From an uncultured Mycoplasmatota bacterium (GTDB lineage: Bacteria > Bacillota_I > Bacilli_A > RF39 > UBA660), in the NCBI GenBank assembly GCA_947570175.1, contig CANOTJ010000002.1, positions 33,346 to 97,345 on the forward strand: a DNA stretch of 64,000 nucleotides. The letters run 5' to 3'. Under the pieces are notes generated by a model, which had not been told where the DNA came from, did not search any database, and saw only the letters and a program-made list of their open reading frames with translations. The position numbers and the translations under genes were made by a program. The stretch's first letter is position 1; each line of letters starts with the position of its first letter. Shown here piece after piece: positions 37,581 through 47,564 of this stretch.

Positions 37581-39281
37581 TAATAAATGATTCATTACCA
37601 ATTTTTTCCTTTTTAACTCGTTTTCCAATTTTGTAGTTATATCTTTGACTGTACTCTTATTAAATGGATTAGGCATATTATATTTATCTATTAAATCACT
37701 AAATGAGTAATATGACGCTACTTCCCCTATTTCTTTAAATAATTCTATACTACTTTCACAATTACTCCATATAGCAAAAGCCCCGAAATAAGATAATGCA
37801 TAATCAATATAATAGAATGGATCTAAATAAATATGAGATTGTCTATAAAAGTATCCACCATTATCTAGATTGATATGCCCACTATTGCTTTTTTCTAAAT
37901 GATACTTGTTAACTAGTTCTAACCAGGTATTTTTTATATCCTCAATTCTTAAATCTTTTTTAGAATAAATCGTTTGTTGAAATTCATCAACTAAACATAT
38001 ATATGGTAAATTGGCCACCAAATTATATATTTTCATAAAACAATATTTTTTGTAATCATCTTCCTCGAATAAATTACTAACATGATTCATCATGATTAAT
38101 TCCATACTATAAGAAAATATTTCGGCTATTTCCATGGTTGGATATTTTAATAGTGGTGAAATAATGTATTCTTTATCTTTTATAGAAGCGCAGTATTTTT
38201 GATAAGAATGTCCAATCTCATGTGTAGTTGTTTGTACATCTAAATACGAATTTTTATAATTACCTGTGATTACAGGTAATCCTGTTTCTGTTAAATAATT
38301 TGTAATCGAAAAATTTACTTTATCATCTCTTTGAATAAAATCAATATAATTATTTTCAAGCATATTATTAAATAAATTTGATAAATCTTCATCTACTTCT
38401 CTAAATGATTTTCTAAGTTCATTTAATAAATCATTACCATATACTTTTAATTTAGGCATTTCTTCAAAGAAAACGGTATCAAAATATTCTAGTTTTGTTA
38501 ATCCTAATTCTTCTTTTTGCCATTCACCTAGTTTTATACATAACGGAACTATACTTTCAATAATATTATTTCTAAATTTACTGATATCACTATAATCATA
38601 ACCAAATCTTTTTAGTTTATATAAACTGTATTCTACATAATTATTAAAGCCTAAATTTTTAGCAATCTGATTTCTTATCATTATAAGTTCATATAATATA
38701 CTAGTATATTCATCTTTATGTTTATAATAAAAATCATTTACTGTATCATGGGCTTTTTTTCTAAAGTTTCTATTTTTGTTACTGAAAAAACTACTAATAG
38801 TTCCTATTGTTTTTTCTTCTCCATCATATAATACTTTAGTCTTGTTTAAATTTCTATATTGAGTTTTTAACTCATTTTCTTTTTTCAACAATTCAATATT
38901 TTTATCAGATGTTATCCTTATTTGATATTCAATTATTTTAAAGAAATTATTAGGCATACTCTTCAATAATAAATCCTTAAACCTTGAATGATTCATTTCA
39001 TCATAAAAAGGTAAAAATAATAAATCAAATTTAGGCTTTAAAGAATTCCAATATTCTATTTCATCTTTATAATATTCATCATTTAAATTTCGCATATTTC
39101 TTATGTCTGCGTAATCAAACATCTCTTCAATATGGTTTTGAATGTTGTTAATATCCTTTACTATAGATAGATATACTTTAAAATCATCCAACTCTTTCAA
39201 TCGGTTGATTAAACTTTCTAAAGTTAATTTTGTTTGATCAAAATCAACTCTTTCATATTTTATTTGATCAAATCCAATCAT
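37578..39281 (-). CDS. M3-family oligoendopeptidase (PepF-like)
   Basis: 567 aa; zinc motif 'TTTHEIGHSYQ'. Confidence 0.75.
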   Translation of the reverse strand: MIGFDQIKYERVDFDQTKLTLESLINRLKELDDFKVYLSIVKDINNIQNHIEEMFDYADIRNMRNLNDEYYKDEIEYWNSLKPKFDLLFLPFYDEMNHSRFKDLLLKSMPNNFFKIIEYQIRITSDKNIELLKKENELKTQYRNLNKTKVLYDGEEKTIGTISSFFSNKNRNFRKKAHDTVNDFYYKHKDEYTSILYELIMIRNQIAKNLGFNNYVEYSLYKLKRFGYDYSDISKFRNNIIESIVPLCIKLGEWQKEELGLTKLEYFDTVFFEEMPKLKVYGNDLLNELRKSFREVDEDLSNLFNNMLENNYIDFIQRDDKVNFSITNYLTETGLPVITGNYKNSYLDVQTTTHEIGHSYQKYCASIKDKEYIISPLLKYPTMEIAEIFSYSMELIMMNHVSNLFEEDDYKKYCFMKIYNLVANLPYICLVDEFQQTIYSKKDLRIEDIKNTWLELVNKYHLEKSNSGHINLDNGGYFYRQSHIYLDPFYYIDYALSYFGAFAIWSNCESSIELFKEIGEVASYYSFSDLIDKYNMPNPFNKSTVKDITTKLENELKRKKLVMNHLL

Positions 39282-39476
39282 TATTTACACCTCTTTCATT
39301 TTTAACGTTATCATAATCAATAATTTCTATTAGCAACAAGCACATGGCGATAAGTAAATCACTGACAATTACCATATTTTTGTTTATCTTAATTGTTTTC
39401 TTTTTTTGAAATGTTTATCCATATAATTATAACATAATTCCTAAACAAAAGAAAAAAGTAAACAATGATGTTTACC

Positions 39477-39725
39477 TTAATTTCCACTTTGAATATTGCA
39501 TATTGTTTGATTAATGACATTTGTTTGTACATTGTTTATAGTATACCAACCATATTTAGTCATTGTATCATAAGTATCTGCTTGAGCTTGCATAATTACA
39601 TCTAATCCTTCCTTTAACAATTTTCTTACATCAGGATTAGAGCTTTCTAATGTTCCATGTACAAATACTTCTACAGTACTTTTAAGAACCAACAAATAAT
39701 TGTCCATAATCAATTGATCATTCAT
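39477..39725 (-). CDS. CotF-like (spore coat protein F family) small protein
   Basis: 82 aa; resembles Coat_F domain proteins. Confidence 0.45.
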   Translation of the reverse strand: MNDQLIMDNYLLVLKSTVEVFVHGTLESSNPDVRKLLKEGLDVIMQAQADTYDTMTKYGWYTINNVQTNVINQTICNIQSGN

Positions 39726-39909
39726 TTGCTTGGTCCTCCAATAAACTCATTAATCTCTTTTGCAATGAATTGTGATTCTCTAATTGTTTTTCCATAAATG
39801 ATACAAGCTCCTGATTTTCTAATAATTTCATAGATTCCTTAATAATTGATTCCAAATTATTTTCATGTCCGACAGCATCTTCTACATAATCTAATTCTTT
39901 TTGTGTCAT
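39718..39909 (-). CDS. CotF-like N-terminal partner protein (about 63 aa from ATG 39909)
   Basis: 'DAVGHENNLESI' Coat_F-like N-terminal motif; GGAGG RBS. Confidence 0.4.
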   Translation of the reverse strand: MTQKELDYVEDAVGHENNLESIIKESMKLLENQELVSFMEKQLENHNSLQKRLMSLLEDQANE

Positions 39910-40039
39910 AAAATACCTCCCTCTTTCCTTGATATAATGACACAAAATAACAAAATACAAGATTTACTTTATTTTAAAGGAATTATTGAAGATTACAATA
40001 TAAAATTAGAATCTATAAAAAATGAAAAAGTAGATGATG

Positions 40040-40205
40040 AAAACTTAAAAATAGTTGTATCAGTAATAAAATAAATAAAATTAGTTGTGTTCTTAAAAAT
40101 TATTGATATAAAGATTTATAAATAGTAAAAATAGTTAAATTAGTTTTGAGAGAGTTGCAAAAGGTATGTGAAAAATCATATCTTTTTAATTTTGTATAAA
40201 TTTAA
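40040..40205 (+). promoter_or_regulatory. Candidate MobV oriT/promoter region
   Basis: Direct repeats AAAATAGTTGTATCAG / AAATTAGTTGTGTTCTT / AAAATAGTTAAATTAGTT; 'TAGTTGTGTTCTTA' resembles the pMV158-type nick core (GTGTG/TT). Confidence 0.3.
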
Positions 40206-40223
40206 AGATTGGAGGAATGATAT

Positions 40224-41510
40224 ATGAATTTAAATTATGCAATATTTAGAAGTGAACCTATTTATACAATTAACGATTTGGCACAAATAGGATCACATAA
40301 CAAACGTGAAAAACAGGCTTATAATTCTAATCCTGATATTAAGGTAGAATTAAGTAAAAATAATATAGAGTTAAAACCCTTAACAGAAAAATATGTTAAG
40401 GGTTTTAAAATACTTGTAAAAGATTATGAAAAGGAACATAACGAAAGAATGAAAACAGAGCGAGATGATAGAAAAAGAACTTTTAATCAAATGTTAGATA
40501 AATCTAAAAATGTTATTGCAGATGAACTATTATTTACTGCCACAAATAAATTTTTTAAAAATATGACAGAAAAAGATATACTTGACTGGGCTAATACTTG
40601 TATGGATTTTGTTTATGAGGATTTAGGTTATACTAAAGAACAAGTTTTACATAGTGTCATCCATTTAGATGAGGCAACACCACATATTCATTGTGTAGTT
40701 GTACCACTTGTTAAAAAGTTTGATAAAAGAACAAATACAGAAAGATATACTATTTCTAAAAAACAATATATTAGAGATAAAATACATTTATCTGAATTAC
40801 AAGATAAATACCATAAAAGATTAACTGACAAAGGTTATGATTTAGAAAGAGGTATTAAAGGTAGTGATAGAAAACATATTAAAATCAAAGATTACAAAAA
40901 GATAAATAGAAAATTAGAACAGAACTTAAATACTAGAAATGATAGACTTGATAAAATAATGAATGAATTAGATAAACGAATGGAAACTACTAAAACAATT
41001 CCATTTGATAAAAAACACATTGTAGTAGAAAAAGATACTTTTGATATTATGCATAAAGCTATAAATGAATCTAAAAAAGTTATGGAATTACAGCCTAAAA
41101 TAAATGAAATATTTAATGAGATAAATAACTATGCTGATAGTTATAATTCTTTAGAAAAGGATAATCAAAAATATCAAAGAGAAATTAAATCATTAAAAAC
41201 TAAAAATAGTAATCTATTACAAGAAAATAATAAGTTAAGAGCTTATATTGATACTATTTTAGAGGTTATTAAGAAGTTTTTTAGAAAACTATTACAAATT
41301 GATAATGAACCTACAAAAGAAGCCACTACAACTGAAATAAAAGACTATTATGATAATCAAGATTTTAATTCTAACGATATTTACGAAATAGCTGAAAATA
41401 CTACAAAAGAAGATGAGTTATTTGATTATGCTGATATTCCTAGTTATTTGAAGACTAGCAAGAAATCTTATAAAGATAATGACAAAGATGATTTTGAAAT
41501 AGGTTTATAA
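40224..41510 (+). CDS. MobV-family relaxase (Mob/Pre plasmid recombination enzyme)
   Basis: 'HLDEATPHIHCVVVP' HxDE...PHxH motif; 428 aa with C-terminal coiled-coil. Confidence 0.8.
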   Translation: MNLNYAIFRSEPIYTINDLAQIGSHNKREKQAYNSNPDIKVELSKNNIELKPLTEKYVKGFKILVKDYEKEHNERMKTERDDRKRTFNQMLDKSKNVIADELLFTATNKFFKNMTEKDILDWANTCMDFVYEDLGYTKEQVLHSVIHLDEATPHIHCVVVPLVKKFDKRTNTERYTISKKQYIRDKIHLSELQDKYHKRLTDKGYDLERGIKGSDRKHIKIKDYKKINRKLEQNLNTRNDRLDKIMNELDKRMETTKTIPFDKKHIVVEKDTFDIMHKAINESKKVMELQPKINEIFNEINNYADSYNSLEKDNQKYQREIKSLKTKNSNLLQENNKLRAYIDTILEVIKKFFRKLLQIDNEPTKEATTTEIKDYYDNQDFNSNDIYEIAENTTKEDELFDYADIPSYLKTSKKSYKDNDKDDFEIGL

Positions 41511-41579
41511 ATCAAAATAAATGGTTTTGCAAAAATGGCTAAAATATGGTATAATAAATACACAAGGAGGAGTTATATT

Positions 41580-41987
41580 ATGCCAAAAGATAATGTTACT
41601 ATTGCTGAAGTTTTAGAAAACATTCAAAAAAACATTCAAGTAAACCATATTGACTTGCAAACTTGGGAAAGATATTTTCTGTTTTATTATCAAGCAAGCA
41701 ATACAATGGAACTTGGTTTAGAAAATTTAATAAAATTAAATGGGATTTTGTCAGATGCCACAGTAACAGATATTAAAACAACAAAAGATGAAATTAGATT
41801 TAGATTAGAAGGAGATTTATTAAAAAAAGATTTGTCAAGATTACATTCAGCTTTAAATTATATTCGTAATGCATTTGATGACAATGGTTTTTTAAAGCCA
41901 GAATGGGCAATGTCTGAATCAGAAAAGAAAAAAATGATGTTTAACAATGACCCTGAAATAATAGAAAAAAGTTCACTAAAAAGATAA
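41580..41987 (+). CDS. Hypothetical protein (135 aa from ATG 41580)
   Basis: AAGGAGGAG RBS ahead of ATG 41580; follows mobV. Confidence 0.5.
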   Translation: MPKDNVTIAEVLENIQKNIQVNHIDLQTWERYFLFYYQASNTMELGLENLIKLNGILSDATVTDIKTTKDEIRFRLEGDLLKKDLSRLHSALNYIRNAFDDNGFLKPEWAMSESEKKKMMFNNDPEIIEKSSLKR

Positions 41988-41992
41988 AAATA

Positions 41993-42045
41993 AAACAGAA
42001 ATTCAAAAGAAACTTTGTAACTTATGAATTTCTGTTTTTAAAAAC
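41993..42045 (+). terminator. Rho-independent terminator
   Basis: AAAACAGAAATTC ... GAATTTCTGTTTT stem followed by a T-run. Confidence 0.6.
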
Positions 42046-42133
42046 TATAATTCCATTATAGTAACCCACTACTAAGTCGGTAAACCAACTTAGGTGGGCA
42101 AAGGGATAAATACCCCTTTTGAAACCCCATTAA

Positions 42134-42180
42134 GCAACATATTACAAAGTTTCACAATGTAATATTGTTGCCTTTTTATT
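42134..42180 (+). terminator. Hairpin plus T-tract, terminator-like
   Basis: GCAACATATTACA ... TGTAATATTGTTGC then CTTTTTATT. Confidence 0.45.
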
Positions 42181-42202
42181 ACACTATCGTTTCATAAAAA
42201 GA

Positions 42203-42262
42203 AATAACCTTAATGCTAAAGTCTAACGACTAAAGCAAAAAGGTTATTTTTTTCTTTTGATA
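42203..42262. terminator. Possible bidirectional terminator downstream of the XRE gene
   Basis: AATAACCTT ... AAGGTTATT stem flanked by A-run and T-run; long loop lowers confidence. Confidence 0.35.
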
Positions 42263-42340
42263 AATCAAAAGTATGAATAAATAAAATTACTTTTCCCACT
42301 TTCACTAAAAATAAATTTTTAGCAAAACGTGTTCGTAATT

Positions 42341-42949
42341 TTATTTTTCTTCATCTATAAAATCTCCTGTAAGAGTATTTAATTTTGTTGTAGATTTTAT
42401 TTTTGTTTTAGGAAATACCCCTCTATCAAATTTAGGATATTTTGATTTATCTAATTTTTCTAGATTAGGTCTAATCATAGGTATTAACTCTTTTAGTCTA
42501 TCTAATATCTCATCATTTGAAATTTCTTTATTTTCTATTTTTACTAGTTCTAATTTATCAATTAAATCAGCGATTCCACCTTTAATAGCGAAGTCAGTTT
42601 TTCTTCTTGTTTCAAATTCTTCTAAAACATCAAAATAAAATTGTTCGTAAGATTTAATTTGTTCTTGATAATCAGTAGTAGATCTTTTACTTAATAAATC
42701 TTTTCCCAAATTTATATCAACATCATCATATCCAGCAAGTTTCATAAGTTTAACTAAACTTAAACCTAAAGTTTCAGCAATACCTTTTAAATATAAAATG
42801 TTTGGTTTTAATCTTTTACCTGCCTCAATCCTTGATACTTCGGCACAATCCATATTTGATTTACGAGCAAGTTCTCTTTGTGATATTCCTAGTTTTTCTC
42901 TTGCTTCACTTATAGTTTTACCAAGTTCAGTAGTGTTTTTCTTTAACAT
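42341..42949 (-). CDS. XRE-family HTH regulator with C-terminal domain (about 202 aa)
   Basis: HTH 'ISQRELARKSNMDCAEVSRIEAG'; start chosen at ATG 42949. Confidence 0.65.
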   Translation of the reverse strand: MLKKNTTELGKTISEAREKLGISQRELARKSNMDCAEVSRIEAGKRLKPNILYLKGIAETLGLSLVKLMKLAGYDDVDINLGKDLLSKRSTTDYQEQIKSYEQFYFDVLEEFETRRKTDFAIKGGIADLIDKLELVKIENKEISNDEILDRLKELIPMIRPNLEKLDKSKYPKFDRGVFPKTKIKSTTKLNTLTGDFIDEEK

Positions 42950-43100
42950 TTTAATACACCTCTTTTTCGTTTCTTGAATTAAGTATAGCACATATTGCTG
43001 TAATAATCAACAACATTGTAATCATTCTGTTGACAAACTCATTTTATAATGTTATAGTAGTATCAGTTTTGATGTAAAAATCATCAACAAGAAAGGAGGA

Positions 43101-43358
43101 ATGCTTATAAGGAAGTTTCAAATACCACAGAAGATTTGGAAAGATAAAAGAATTCCAAAAGAAACAAAATATATTTACTCTTATATTTATACAAAAGGAT
43201 TCGATAGAATAATCACAGATATAAATATAGGAGAAATACAACAGACCATTAAAATAAAAAATAAGGGTTTGAAAAAGAGTTTAGATATATTAGAACAATT
43301 AAAATATCTAGCATATCAAGAGTATGCAACAGGAATGTACACCATAACACTTAACTAA
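43101..43358 (+). CDS. Small basic protein (85 aa), probable DNA-binding/excisionase-like partner of the recombinase
   Basis: Strong RBS AAAGGAGGAAtg at 43090-43100; plus-strand orientation with the recombinase. Confidence 0.45.
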   Translation: MLIRKFQIPQKIWKDKRIPKETKYIYSYIYTKGFDRIITDINIGEIQQTIKIKNKGLKKSLDILEQLKYLAYQEYATGMYTITLN

Positions 43359-43705
43359 AAAGTTTATAGGAACGTAGTTAAGTAAGGTACAGTAAGATGA
43401 AAGGCTTATGTTAGTACCTATTCTAGTAATAGAATGAATCTAGTTTGAAGTAAGACATAATTCAAAGAACAAATAAAATTTAAAAAATAGTATGTGTTAT
43501 TTCAAACAATATAATCTTAGGGGCGAAGATTTAAAATAATGCCTCTAGGATAACTCTGTCTAATTTTAGAAGTATGACTTGTAGATAATACAGTTTTTTT
43601 TGTTGTTTCTTAAAACTTGTTTGTTTAAATATTTAAAATAATGGAAAGGAATGAGATTAGCTATGAAAAATTATGATTAAAAATTAAACGAAAGGGGGAA
43701 TTTTA

Positions 43706-43858
43706 TTGGCTGATGAAAAGAAATTAACACAAATAGAAATTGATAATCTAATTGATGAAACAATTAACCTATCAATTTTATCAAAATTATTAGAATTAAA
43801 TTTAATTACAAATAAAGAGTTTTATACACTTAAAGAAAAAATAAAGAATTTCTATTAA
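43706..43858 (+). CDS. Possible 50-aa protein (TTG start)
   Basis: AAAGGGGG RBS 7 nt before TTG; below the ORF-track cutoff. Confidence 0.25.
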   Translation: MADEKKLTQIEIDNLIDETINLSILSKLLELNLITNKEFYTLKEKIKNFY

Positions 43859-43949
43859 AGGGATACAGATTCCATAAAAAATATTATATAATGGTTATAA
43901 GAACACGACTGCAGTTCGTAAAAAACTAAAAATGAAAGTGAGGTATTAA

Positions 43950-45707
43950 ATGGCACAAGTTGAGATTATTGCAGCTAATCTCAAAACTAATATTAAAAAT
44001 TCCATTAAAAAAGTATTAAAAAAAGTGTGTGCTTATGCAAGAGTAAGTACAGATAGTGAGGAACAACAGACAAGTTATAATTCACAAATTAAACATTATT
44101 CTAATATGATTAAATCAAATCCTGATTGGAAGTTTGTAGGAATATATGCTGATGAGGGTATTAGTGGTACTCAAGTTAAACATAGAACAGAATTTCAAAG
44201 AATGATAGATGATGCTTTAAATGGTAAAATAGATATTATTATAGCAAAATCAATATCTAGGTTTGCAAGAAATACTGTTGATACTTTAAATACAGTTAGG
44301 AAATTAAGAGAACATAATGTTGATGTTTATTTTGAAAAAGAAAATATCCATACTTTAGAATTAGATAGTGAGATGTTTTTAACTCTTTATAGTGCATTTG
44401 CTCAAGCTGAAAGTGAATCAACTTCACAAAATGTAAAAATGGGTTTAAAAGCCAAAATGAAACGTGGTGAATATGTTGGAAGACCTAATCCTTATGGATA
44501 TGATTGGAATAAAGATACACAAGAATTATCTATAAATGAAAAAGAGGCAGAAGTTGTTAGAATGATATTTAATTGGTATGCTGATGGTATAGGTTGTAAA
44601 ACAATATCAATGATATTAAATAAACAAGGTATTATTTCTCCTGGTGGTAAAAAATGGTCGCAACAATATGTAAGGACAATGTTAGATCAAGAAAAATATA
44701 TTGGAGATTTAATGGGGCAAAAGGTTTATACAATTAGTCCTCTTTCTCATAAAAAAATTAAAAACTATGGAGAAAAAGAAAGATATTATTCAAAAGATAG
44801 ACACGAGGCAATTATTTCAAGAGAACTTTGGGATAAGGTACACGATATTTTGAAAAAAAGAAATGGTAAACCTATGTTAAATGGCAAAAAGCATCAAGAA
44901 AGATATAGTATGCGATATGCTTTTAGTAGTAAAATTGTTTGTGGCTTTTGTGGAGCAAATTATTCTAGAAGATCAAGTGGCAAAAATAAAAATGGAAAAC
45001 AAAATATTTATTGGGCTTGTATGGGAAGAATAGATAAAAACGAATGTGAAGAATCTATCTATATAAAAGAAGAAATACTTGAAAATTTATTTATTCAAAT
45101 TTATAACTCCATAATAGATAATAAACATAAAACAAAAGATAAATTATTAGGAGCAATAAAATCTGTTATAGAAGAAAACCATGCAAAGACTAAACTAGAT
45201 AAATTAGAACTACAAGAAAATAATATTCGTACAAAAATATCTAATTTAATTGATTTAAAACTAGAAAACATTATTGATAAAGAGGCATACATTGAAAAAG
45301 AAAAAGAACTACAAAATCAATTAAACAATATCTTAGAACAAAAAGAAGAATATAAAAATCTAGAAAATGAAAATCACAAAATAGCAAAACAATTAAAAGA
45401 TATAGAAAAAGTTTTAGATACCCCATTAAAACTAAAAGAATTTGAACGAGAAGTCTTTGATAATATTATAGAAAGAATAATCATTGGTGAAATAGAAGAA
45501 GATGGTACACACAATAATAAGATAATTAGATTTATCTTAAAAACAGGAGCTGAATTTAAAAAAAACTTAAGTGAAAATACAGCTAAATTTAATGGAAATA
45601 ATAATGTGTCATTAGAGCAAAGAAAGACCACTATTAATATGGATATAATATTTCTTTTTAAACATAACAAAATTACTTCATTTGAGATGGAATCTAATAT
45701 AATTTGA
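43950..45707 (+). CDS. Large serine recombinase (resolvase catalytic domain + recombinase domain + zinc ribbon + coiled-coil)
   Basis: Catalytic Ser region 'YARVSTDSEEQQTSYNSQ'; 'GISGT', 'IIAKSISRFARN'; Cys-rich 'CGFCGANY...WACMGR'; 585 aa. Confidence 0.85.
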   Translation: MAQVEIIAANLKTNIKNSIKKVLKKVCAYARVSTDSEEQQTSYNSQIKHYSNMIKSNPDWKFVGIYADEGISGTQVKHRTEFQRMIDDALNGKIDIIIAKSISRFARNTVDTLNTVRKLREHNVDVYFEKENIHTLELDSEMFLTLYSAFAQAESESTSQNVKMGLKAKMKRGEYVGRPNPYGYDWNKDTQELSINEKEAEVVRMIFNWYADGIGCKTISMILNKQGIISPGGKKWSQQYVRTMLDQEKYIGDLMGQKVYTISPLSHKKIKNYGEKERYYSKDRHEAIISRELWDKVHDILKKRNGKPMLNGKKHQERYSMRYAFSSKIVCGFCGANYSRRSSGKNKNGKQNIYWACMGRIDKNECEESIYIKEEILENLFIQIYNSIIDNKHKTKDKLLGAIKSVIEENHAKTKLDKLELQENNIRTKISNLIDLKLENIIDKEAYIEKEKELQNQLNNILEQKEEYKNLENENHKIAKQLKDIEKVLDTPLKLKEFEREVFDNIIERIIIGEIEEDGTHNNKIIRFILKTGAEFKKNLSENTAKFNGNNNVSLEQRKTTINMDIIFLFKHNKITSFEMESNII

Positions 45708-45770
45708 TTATAAAAAGAGATTGATGTCCCAAATCCCTTTTAAAATTATAAATAATGTAACGTTTTCATT

Positions 45771-46229
45771 TCAATATTTTCCTATTTTTTTAACCTTCCC
45801 ATCTTTGTATTTCATATAATATCTAGTTTCCGTTTTCTCAATTATTTGAAACCCTAATTTTATATATAATTTGATTGCCTTTTTGTTTTGCTGATAAACC
45901 CAAAGATAAATTATCTTATTTGCTAATATTAATTCTTTTATTATACTCGTACCGATTCCTAAATTTCTATACTCTTTTTCTAAATATATCTCATCTATTA
46001 AGATTCCATCCTCCCTATCTTCCACTAACAAACACCCTATCTGATGATCATTTATATAGATTATTTGATAATTATTTAACTGTAGAGGAACATGATTTTT
46101 TACATACTTCTCTATTCTATCAATTTCTTCATTCGATAATTTTCCAGTATACTCAAAAACCGTTTTCAATTTATAATTAATTAATCTAGAGACATCCTTT
46201 TTCGTTGCCTTTTTCATTTCATAATTCAT
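45771..46229 (-). CDS. GNAT-family N-acetyltransferase
   Basis: 'YRNLGIGTSIIKELI' motif A; start chosen at Met11. Confidence 0.65.
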   Translation of the reverse strand: MNYEMKKATKKDVSRLINYKLKTVFEYTGKLSNEEIDRIEKYVKNHVPLQLNNYQIIYINDHQIGCLLVEDREDGILIDEIYLEKEYRNLGIGTSIIKELILANKIIYLWVYQQNKKAIKLYIKLGFQIIEKTETRYYMKYKDGKVKKIGKY

Positions 46230-46323
46230 AAAATTTCTCCTTCTTATCCCATTGATCACTTATTCTTTAATAATTTAAAATTTTTATTGGAATAGATTGT
46301 TTCTATTGAAAAACATTCCCATT

Positions 46324-47376
46324 TTATATTCTTTTATAAATCTTATTCAAATCGAATATCAAACTTTTTAAAGGAAATTTAGTACCAGGGCACGAAGTTC
46401 TAACAAGCGGATTAATATCCTGATGTCCAACAATATGCTCTTCATCTATCTTAAAATTAATATGATAGGTATGTTCTACATAATCAATGATTTCGCACAT
46501 CAATTTTAAAGTGGTTTGATATTGCTTCTTCGTTAAAGACCCATCTATAGACTCGTTTTCAATGGAATATGTATAATAATTTGCATTTATTTTTCTATTT
46601 CTTACAATATTGTTTTTTGCAAATTTATAATATACATCACTAGAATCATTTAAAGATGTTCCATTTGCCCAAGCACTATCTTCTAAACTAACAAATTGAG
46701 TATAATCACCACTTTCAGATATAGCAAAATGGCTTGAGACTTCTAACGTATTTGTATAAAAATTTTTGATCATTTTTCCATAATCAAAACTAATATGACA
46801 TACAATCATATCAGGAATACAACCATGATGACCATGATATTTATTTGGGCTATAATAGTCATAATATCTAGGTTCTTCCCTAATACTATGTCGTAGATTT
46901 ACAAGATACTGTTTATAATTTTTTTCATTAAGGGTATTCTCTAATTTCAATAATAAATGAAAAATATCTTCATGAAATCTATTTAACACCAAAAAATAGT
47001 AATAAAATATAAGATATAAATATTTATCTTCTCCATTCTCTAACATTCTACTGATTCCCTTTATAAAAAAAATATCATCTAAATTTTTTCTATCATATAA
47101 AGTATAAAATATTGTCTGATTATCATATTCTAGTATTTTTAAAAAAAAAATATCTAAATCAATATGATGAATTTGTATAAAGAAAAAATTTATATAACGT
47201 TTATCATTTGTTCTTAATATAGCTTTACTTATATCATTTAAATTTTGATTAGGAAAATAATAGGTATATAAAAACATATATCTAGGATTATTACTATGAA
47301 TGATCTCCTTTTCTAATATCAAAATTTCGGGCATTTCTGTATTACCTTTAGATAACTTGAGTATTCTTTCTACCAA
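46324..47376 (-). CDS. Protein with a C-terminal Amidase_2/PGRP (N-acetylmuramoyl-L-alanine amidase) domain and an uncharacterised about 170-aa N-terminal domain; no signal peptide
   Basis: 'CHISFDYG...HFAISESG' and 'CPGTKFP' amidase_2 motifs. Confidence 0.55.
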   Translation of the reverse strand: MVERILKLSKGNTEMPEILILEKEIIHSNNPRYMFLYTYYFPNQNLNDISKAILRTNDKRYINFFFIQIHHIDLDIFFLKILEYDNQTIFYTLYDRKNLDDIFFIKGISRMLENGEDKYLYLIFYYYFLVLNRFHEDIFHLLLKLENTLNEKNYKQYLVNLRHSIREEPRYYDYYSPNKYHGHHGCIPDMIVCHISFDYGKMIKNFYTNTLEVSSHFAISESGDYTQFVSLEDSAWANGTSLNDSSDVYYKFAKNNIVRNRKINANYYTYSIENESIDGSLTKKQYQTTLKLMCEIIDYVEHTYHINFKIDEEHIVGHQDINPLVRTSCPGTKFPLKSLIFDLNKIYKRI

Positions 47377-47564
47377 AACATCATCCCTATTCTTTTAAGT
47401 GTTTAAACTACCCTATCATAACTTCTTATACTAGTATTATGAAACCTATTATCATTATACTATACTTACCATTTTCTATAAAGATTATCATTTTAAAGCA
47501 AAGAAAAACACTAACTATTAAGTAATATGACGATTTATCTAAACTGTATTACCCAATTAAATGA

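Larger units (their letters stand above)
1..45770 (-). mobile_element. Integrative conjugative element (partial; continues left of the window). Right end placed just after the large serine recombinase gene; the exact att site was not identified
   Basis: Contiguous T4SS module, relaxase, coupling protein, partition genes, anti-restriction giant protein and a terminal large serine recombinase; flanking right-hand genes look chromosomal. Confidence 0.6.
39960..45770 (+). mobile_element. Candidate Tn4451-like integrative mobilizable module (MobV relaxase, regulators, large serine recombinase) at the ICE end; boundaries not resolved
   Basis: Gene content and plus-strand orientation opposite to the rest of the ICE. 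Confidence 0.4.

Noticed and set aside
39960-40040. Similarity between sequences at 39.97 kb and 45.72 kb as att-like ends of the MobV/recombinase module
   Set aside because: Only short AT-rich matches (TTTTAAA...); not distinguishable from background, so no att site is called
42055-42130. Possible tRNA or other small RNA (two GC-containing hairpins downstream of the mobV operon)
   Set aside because: No cloverleaf arrangement, no conserved T-loop/D-loop features; more consistent with tandem terminator hairpins
43044-43241. Minus-strand 65-aa ORF
   Set aside because: Antisense to the RBS-supported plus-strand small gene 43101..43358; hydrophobic low-complexity translation
45101-45670. Minus-strand ORFs 45101..45292 and 45374..45670
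   Set aside because: Antisense within the serine recombinase gene
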